Assembly: GCF_000341395.1 (NCBI RefSeq)
Contig: NC_020304.1
Coordinates: forward strand, 3,780,001 to 3,812,000
Reading direction: 5' to 3'
Source: Desulfocapsa sulfexigens DSM 10523
Lineage (GTDB): Bacteria; Desulfobacterota; Desulfobulbia; Desulfobulbales; Desulfocapsaceae
DNA: 32,000 nucleotides
The notes beneath the pieces were generated by a model. That model was not told the DNA's origin and made no database searches. It saw nothing but the letters and a program-made list of their open reading frames with translations. Both the position numbers and the translations under genes were made by a program. Shown one piece after another: positions 27,532 to 32,000 of this stretch (the stretch's first letter is position 1; every line of letters begins with the position of its first letter).

Positions 27532-27629
27532 ACTGTCCTCCTTTGAAGGAAATACATCTTCTATATTTTTCCGCTATCCTCCATAGATAGCAGGGTTTAT
27601 CTCTCAAACACACTAATGAACATATGCAC

Positions 27630-27658
27630 AAGATAGTGCCACCCCCTTATCCTGTCAA
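27630..27658 (-). promoter_or_regulatory. Candidate sigma70-type promoter for the DUF302-permease-DiNase module
   Basis: Minus-strand TTGACA (plus 27653-27658), 17-bp spacer, TATCTT (plus 27630-27635); about 100 bp upstream of the DUF302 start. Confidence 0.5.
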
Positions 27659-27683
27659 GATAAATCAACAGGAATAGATTTTA

Positions 27684-27751
27684 GGTTACATAAATATTAA
27701 ATTAAGAGTATTCTGTTACCCTATTCCGTTACCAAAACACCGGAATGTAAC
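27684..27751. repeat. Cluster of four GTTAC motifs upstream of the candidate promoter
   Basis: GTTAC at 27685-27689, 27715-27719, 27728-27732 (+) and 27747-27751 (-). Two form a 13-bp-spaced direct repeat TATTCTGTTACC/TATTCCGTTACC; the last two form GTTAC-N14-GTAAC. Confidence 0.55.
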
Positions 27752-27830
27752 ACAGAGCAGGGCAGGAGAAAGTTTTGCTTTTTCTCTGATTTGCTGATAT
27801 TCTCATACCTATCTTACACCCATCATCCAT

Positions 27831-28403
27831 ATGTTTCGTCCATTGTTCCGTATCATACTTCTTTTGTTACTTACATTATTCACAGGGATCGGCGTCCAAG
27901 CTGAATCCACTCCAAAGGCACAGTTCAAAGATATCACAATCACTACCTCCAAAACACATCTGCTCCTCTTTGGTACAATAACAAACAGTCATCGAACCGA
28001 ACTTGAACAGGCTCTTCACAGCGGGATTCCCATGCAGTTTACATTTTTTATCGAACTGCTTCGTATCAGAGAGAACTGGCCCGACGAAGAGCTTGTATCA
28101 ATGGAGTTTAACCATACCCTTAAGTACGATACCCTCAAAGAAGAATATCAACTGGAACAGGGAGAGCAGAAGAACAGAAAATTCACCTACAAAAGCCTTG
28201 ATGAGGCTATGCGGGCAATGAACGATATAAACGGACTCAGAGTTATCCGGCTCTCAAAGCTTTCCCCTGACAATTCCTATGAATTACGTATCAAGGCTGA
28301 GTTATTCAAAAAAACGCTTCCGATGAATCTTCACTACCTGATTCCCTTTATTTCCATGTGGGACCTGGAAACAGACTGGTTTACTATCGAGTTCACCTAC
28401 TAA
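27831..28403 (+). CDS. DUF4390 domain protein (secreted/periplasmic)
   Basis: Signal peptide MFRPLFRIILLLLLTLFTGIGVQAE; FIELLRIRENWPDEELVSMEFNHTLKYDTLKEEYQL; immediately upstream of an ntrY-like kinase. Confidence 0.78.
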   Translation: MFRPLFRIILLLLLTLFTGIGVQAESTPKAQFKDITITTSKTHLLLFGTITNSHRTELEQALHSGIPMQFTFFIELLRIRENWPDEELVSMEFNHTLKYDTLKEEYQLEQGEQKNRKFTYKSLDEAMRAMNDINGLRVIRLSKLSPDNSYELRIKAELFKKTLPMNLHYLIPFISMWDLETDWFTIEFTY

Positions 28404-28425
28404 GCGATGCTCCCGAACACCATCC

Positions 28426-30717
28426 ATGGATAAATCAACTCAGGACATGAAAGGGCAGTTCGACTTCCAGGATTCCGGAAAGCCAGAACTCACTAGAGCC
28501 CAGAGGCTGAAGAAAAAGCGGTTGATCAGACGGGTGATTTTCATTTGCCTCTGCCTTATTCCCCTTTTTATCTGGCTGGAAAGCTCGCTCTTAAATGCCG
28601 ACATAACCCTTCCAGTCTCCAGTGACATCCTTATATTTGGGGTAATAAATCTCAATGTTATCCTTGTTCTTCTTATGCTCTTCCTCGTTCTTCGAAACCT
28701 GGCAGAACTGTTCTTTGAGAGCAGAGAGAACATCCTTGGTTCTAAATTAAAGAGCAAGCTGGTTATATCCTTTATCTCTCTTTCCCTTATACCCACGATT
28801 CTTCTCTTCTTTATTTCTCTCCAGTTTGTTTCCACCAGTATGGATTACTGGTTCAACTCCAATATAGAAATCTCACTGCAAAATTCCCTTGACCTCGCAA
28901 AATCCTATATTAACGAAACAAAGGATGAGGTGGATATTTTAGGGGCAGCTGTGGAAAAAAACATCCTCCAGATGCATGCAAAAGACGCTGGTCCCATCGA
29001 ACTTGAAAAAAACCTCGAAATCCTTCTAAAGGCCTACGATACCAGAAACTCACTGAGTTTTTCACTTATCACCGATCAGCGCAATAAGATCTTCACAGTG
29101 TCTTCCCCTCTGCTCAGCGCTCAGAAGATACCGCCTGTTCTACAGGCAACACTTGATCGCGTTATTATGAATCAAGAGCGCGAACTTGTAACTCAGGACT
29201 CACCAGCCGGTGATCTTATACGCCGTATCAATCATATCCACTACAGCTGGGCGCCCACCGAAGAAGTTTTTCTTGTAACAACCCTGCTCATTAAAAAAGA
29301 ACAGCTTGATCGGCTGAATTACATATCCAAAGGAATCGAAGATTACCGACAGTTAAAATATCTCAAACAACCCTTTAAATTCTGGTTATTGATTGTTCTT
29401 CTGATCGTTACCCTGCTCATCATTTTCTCAGCTATCTGGTTTGGGCTCTATATCGCCAAAAGTATCACCGGCCCACTCGATAAGGTGGCTATGGCAACGA
29501 GAAGAGTTGCTGATGGCGATTTGGACTTTGTTTTAGAGAAAGAATCCAATGACGAAATGGGCCTGCTGGTGGATTCTTTCAATACCATGACCTCAAACCT
29601 CAACGCCAGCAATGCAAAGCTTGCCGATGCTCACAACGCGCTACAAAAAAGCTCCATGGAGTCTGATGACAGAAGACGATACACTGAAATCATTCTACAG
29701 AATGTTGAGGCCGGAGTTATCTCTCTTGACGAGGAAGGTCGCATTACAACCATCAATCGTTTTGCAGAAAAACTCCTGAACATCTCCGCTGATTTCTTTC
29801 TCGGGCGAAAATTCTCTCAGGTCCTTCCACCCGAGCATGCAGCCATCATCGAGGAATTTATTGCAGAGTTGACCATCACCGGCAAGCCATCAGTTCGTGA
29901 ACATCTGAAAATATCCATTTTAAAGGAAAACTTTTCACTACTGGTAACCTTTACCCGCCTTGAAAATGAAGAAGGGAAAGCCCTTGGCTTTGTTCTCGTC
30001 TTTGCCAATCTAACTGAGCTCGAGAAAATGCAGCGCATGGCCGCCTGGCGTGAAGTAGCACGTCGCATTGCTCACGAAATCAAAAATCCTCTCACCCCCA
30101 TTCAGCTCTCAGCCCAGCGATTACGCAGACGCTACCCTGAAATTCTCATGGAAGATAATTCTATTTTCGACCAGTGCACAAATACCATTATCAAACAGGT
30201 CGACGAAATCAAACTCCTGGTCAGTGAGTTCTCACAATTTGCCAGAATGCCTAAAATCAATCGTGCTCCTGCTGATATCACCACAATGATTAATGAGACC
30301 CTTTTTCTCTACAAACAGGCCCATGGGGATATCACCTTTACTGTCACATGCAAAGATACCATACCAATATTCAGTTTTGATACCGAACAGTTGAAACGCT
30401 GCTTTATCAACCTCTTTGACAATGCTGTTGCAGTTTTGCCAGAGGGCGGTATAGTCGATACTGTTCTGTCTCTCGGCAACGATGGAGAATCTGTGTTCAT
30501 TCAGGTCTGTGACTCAGGCCCAGGTATCGACGAACATGAAAAACTTAAACTTTTTGAACCCTATTTCTCCACAAAAAAAACGGGTACAGGACTGGGACTT
30601 GCTATTGTTTCCACTATAATATCAGACCATAGTGGCTATATAAGGGTGCAGAACAACAGTCCCCATGGCACCATATTCACTATTGAGTTACCCCTGGGAA
30701 TTAAAAGACAGGTATAG
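28426..30717 (+). CDS. NtrY-like membrane sensor histidine kinase (HAMP, PAS, HisKA, HATPase)
   Basis: N-terminal TMs, HAMP-like ITGPLDKVAMATRRVADGDLDF, PAS, REVARRIAHEIKNPLTPIQLSAQRLRRRY H-box, DSGPGIDEHEKLKLFEPYFSTKKTGTGLGLAIV. Confidence 0.92.
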   Translation: MDKSTQDMKGQFDFQDSGKPELTRAQRLKKKRLIRRVIFICLCLIPLFIWLESSLLNADITLPVSSDILIFGVINLNVILVLLMLFLVLRNLAELFFESRENILGSKLKSKLVISFISLSLIPTILLFFISLQFVSTSMDYWFNSNIEISLQNSLDLAKSYINETKDEVDILGAAVEKNILQMHAKDAGPIELEKNLEILLKAYDTRNSLSFSLITDQRNKIFTVSSPLLSAQKIPPVLQATLDRVIMNQERELVTQDSPAGDLIRRINHIHYSWAPTEEVFLVTTLLIKKEQLDRLNYISKGIEDYRQLKYLKQPFKFWLLIVLLIVTLLIIFSAIWFGLYIAKSITGPLDKVAMATRRVADGDLDFVLEKESNDEMGLLVDSFNTMTSNLNASNAKLADAHNALQKSSMESDDRRRYTEIILQNVEAGVISLDEEGRITTINRFAEKLLNISADFFLGRKFSQVLPPEHAAIIEEFIAELTITGKPSVREHLKISILKENFSLLVTFTRLENEEGKALGFVLVFANLTELEKMQRMAAWREVARRIAHEIKNPLTPIQLSAQRLRRRYPEILMEDNSIFDQCTNTIIKQVDEIKLLVSEFSQFARMPKINRAPADITTMINETLFLYKQAHGDITFTVTCKDTIPIFSFDTEQLKRCFINLFDNAVAVLPEGGIVDTVLSLGNDGESVFIQVCDSGPGIDEHEKLKLFEPYFSTKKTGTGLGLAIVSTIISDHSGYIRVQNNSPHGTIFTIELPLGIKRQV

Positions 30718-30766
30718 AGCCTGAGGACTGAAGGGCTAAAGCCGATATACAGGTACTCTTTTTTTT

Positions 30767-32000
30767 ATGGCTAAACGAATTCTTATCATTGATGATGAAG
30801 CCTCCATTCGGGAAACCCTCTCGGATATTCTTGAAGATGAGGGCTTCACGCCCATCTGTGCCGCATCTGCTGAAGAAGGTATCGCTATTCTTGAGGAAGA
30901 AAACATTGACCTCATTCTTCTCGATATCTGGCTTGGTGATAACATGGATGGCCTTACCGCCCTTGAAAACATAAAGGCTAGTCATTCGCTGCCTGTGATA
31001 ATGATATCCGGTCACGGTACCATTGAAACAGCTGTCCAGGCCACCCGTAAAGGTGCTTTTGATTTTGTCGAAAAGCCACTTTCCTATGACAAAATCATCC
31101 TTGCCATTTCCAATGGATTACGCTTTTCCCAGCTGGAAAAAGATAACCAGATCCTCCGCGATAAGACTAGCAGGGTAGTCAAACTCACAGGACACTCCAG
31201 CCTTATCAACGCCCTGCGTCTCCAGATTGAGCGAGTAGCCCCAACGGATGCCTGGGTTCTTATTCGGGGAGATCATGGCACCGGCAAGGAATTGGTGGCT
31301 CAGGCAATCCATCGTCACTCCAGGATGGCTGATCATCCCATGATTGAGGTGAACTGCGCTGCTATCCCCGAGGAACTCATAGAATCCGAGCTTTTTGGAC
31401 ACGAAAAAGGATCCTTTACCGGTGCCCACATTTCAAAACGAGGTAAGTTTGACCAGGCAGACGGAGGAATTTTATTTCTTGATGAAATTGGTGACATGAG
31501 CCTCAAGACACAGGCTAAAATCCTGCGAATTCTCCAGGAACAAAAATTCGAACGTGTTGGTGGTCATAAAACCATCTCTGTCAACGTCCGCGTCCTTGCT
31601 GCTACAAACAAAAACCTCGAAGAAGAAATCGAACGGGGAAATTTCCGGGCAGATCTTTTCTGGAGACTCAACGTTGTGCCAATCACCGTACCTGCACTTC
31701 GTAACCGTCTGGCAGATATCCCCTTCCTCGTTGAAGATCTGATGAAAGGGTTAGTGAACCGTGGCCTCGGCCATAAGAAGTTCTCCGATGATGCCATCAA
31801 GGTCATGATGCAGCACTCCTGGCCTGGAAACGTCCGGGAACTTCGCAATTTTGTGGAACGCATGGCTATCATGTGCCCTGCCGACACTATCGGTGCCGAC
31901 GACATAGCCCTCTTTCTCAACCCAACCATGACCGCCCCTGCCACATCATCTGACAACACCGAAGCCATGGTCCCCTATGGTATCACGAACTTTAAGGAAG
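30767..32000 (+). CDS. NtrX/NtrC-like sigma54-dependent response regulator, partial (3' end off the right edge)
   Basis: ATG at 30767; MAKRILIIDDEASIRETLSDILEDEGF receiver domain, LLDIWLGDNMDG, GDHGTGKELVAQAIH Walker A, ELFGHEKGSFTGAH, GGILFLDEIGDMS, frame open to 32000. Not in the supplied track. Confidence 0.93.
   Translation, partial: MAKRILIIDDEASIRETLSDILEDEGFTPICAASAEEGIAILEEENIDLILLDIWLGDNMDGLTALENIKASHSLPVIMISGHGTIETAVQATRKGAFDFVEKPLSYDKIILAISNGLRFSQLEKDNQILRDKTSRVVKLTGHSSLINALRLQIERVAPTDAWVLIRGDHGTGKELVAQAIHRHSRMADHPMIEVNCAAIPEELIESELFGHEKGSFTGAHISKRGKFDQADGGILFLDEIGDMSLKTQAKILRILQEQKFERVGGHKTISVNVRVLAATNKNLEEEIERGNFRADLFWRLNVVPITVPALRNRLADIPFLVEDLMKGLVNRGLGHKKFSDDAIKVMMQHSWPGNVRELRNFVERMAIMCPADTIGADDIALFLNPTMTAPATSSDNTEAMVPYGITNFKE

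Noticed and set aside
1-32000. CRISPR array, transposase, prophage, toxin-antitoxin or defence genes
   Set aside because: No regularly spaced repeats, transposase-like motifs, phage structural genes or known defence domains seen on either strand.
1-32000. tRNA or rRNA genes
   Set aside because: No GTTCRANNC-type T-arm in a cloverleaf context or rRNA-like stretch noticed in the intergenic regions. A tRNAscan-SE run would be decisive.

Overview
This 32 kb window looks like ordinary, dense chromosome of a Gram-negative bacterium. Gene content (orphan CooC, DUF134, the DiNase-type protein, DUF4390-NtrYX) suggests a sulfate-reducer-like Desulfobacterota, but that is inference. Left to right it holds: a partial TPR lipoprotein (-); a long minus-strand block ileS-lspA-fabD-bioB-bioA-bioF-bioG-bioC-bioD plus a small four-Cys protein; a plus-strand block cooC-like ATPase, ftsE, ftsX, envC-like, S41 C-terminal protease; a TPR/OmpA-like periplasmic protein (-); era (-); an RNase II-family exonuclease plus a 65-aa ORF (+); rfbC-rfbB (-); prfC (+); a minus-strand module of DUF302 protein, cysteine-poor ACR3/BASS-like permease, NifX/NifB-like DiNase protein and DUF134 HTH protein; then DUF4390, an NtrY-like kinase and an NtrX/NtrC-like sigma54 regulator that runs off the right edge. 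I found no CRISPR array, transposon, prophage, rRNA or tRNA. The best candidate for something under-described is the DUF302/permease/DiNase/DUF134 module at 25165-27531, with its own promoter, a cluster of GTTAC motifs upstream and a strong internal terminator. The next best is the orphan CooC-type metallo-ATPase at the head of the ftsEX-envC-ctp cluster. I cannot support a claim of a novel defence system or other clearly new machinery.
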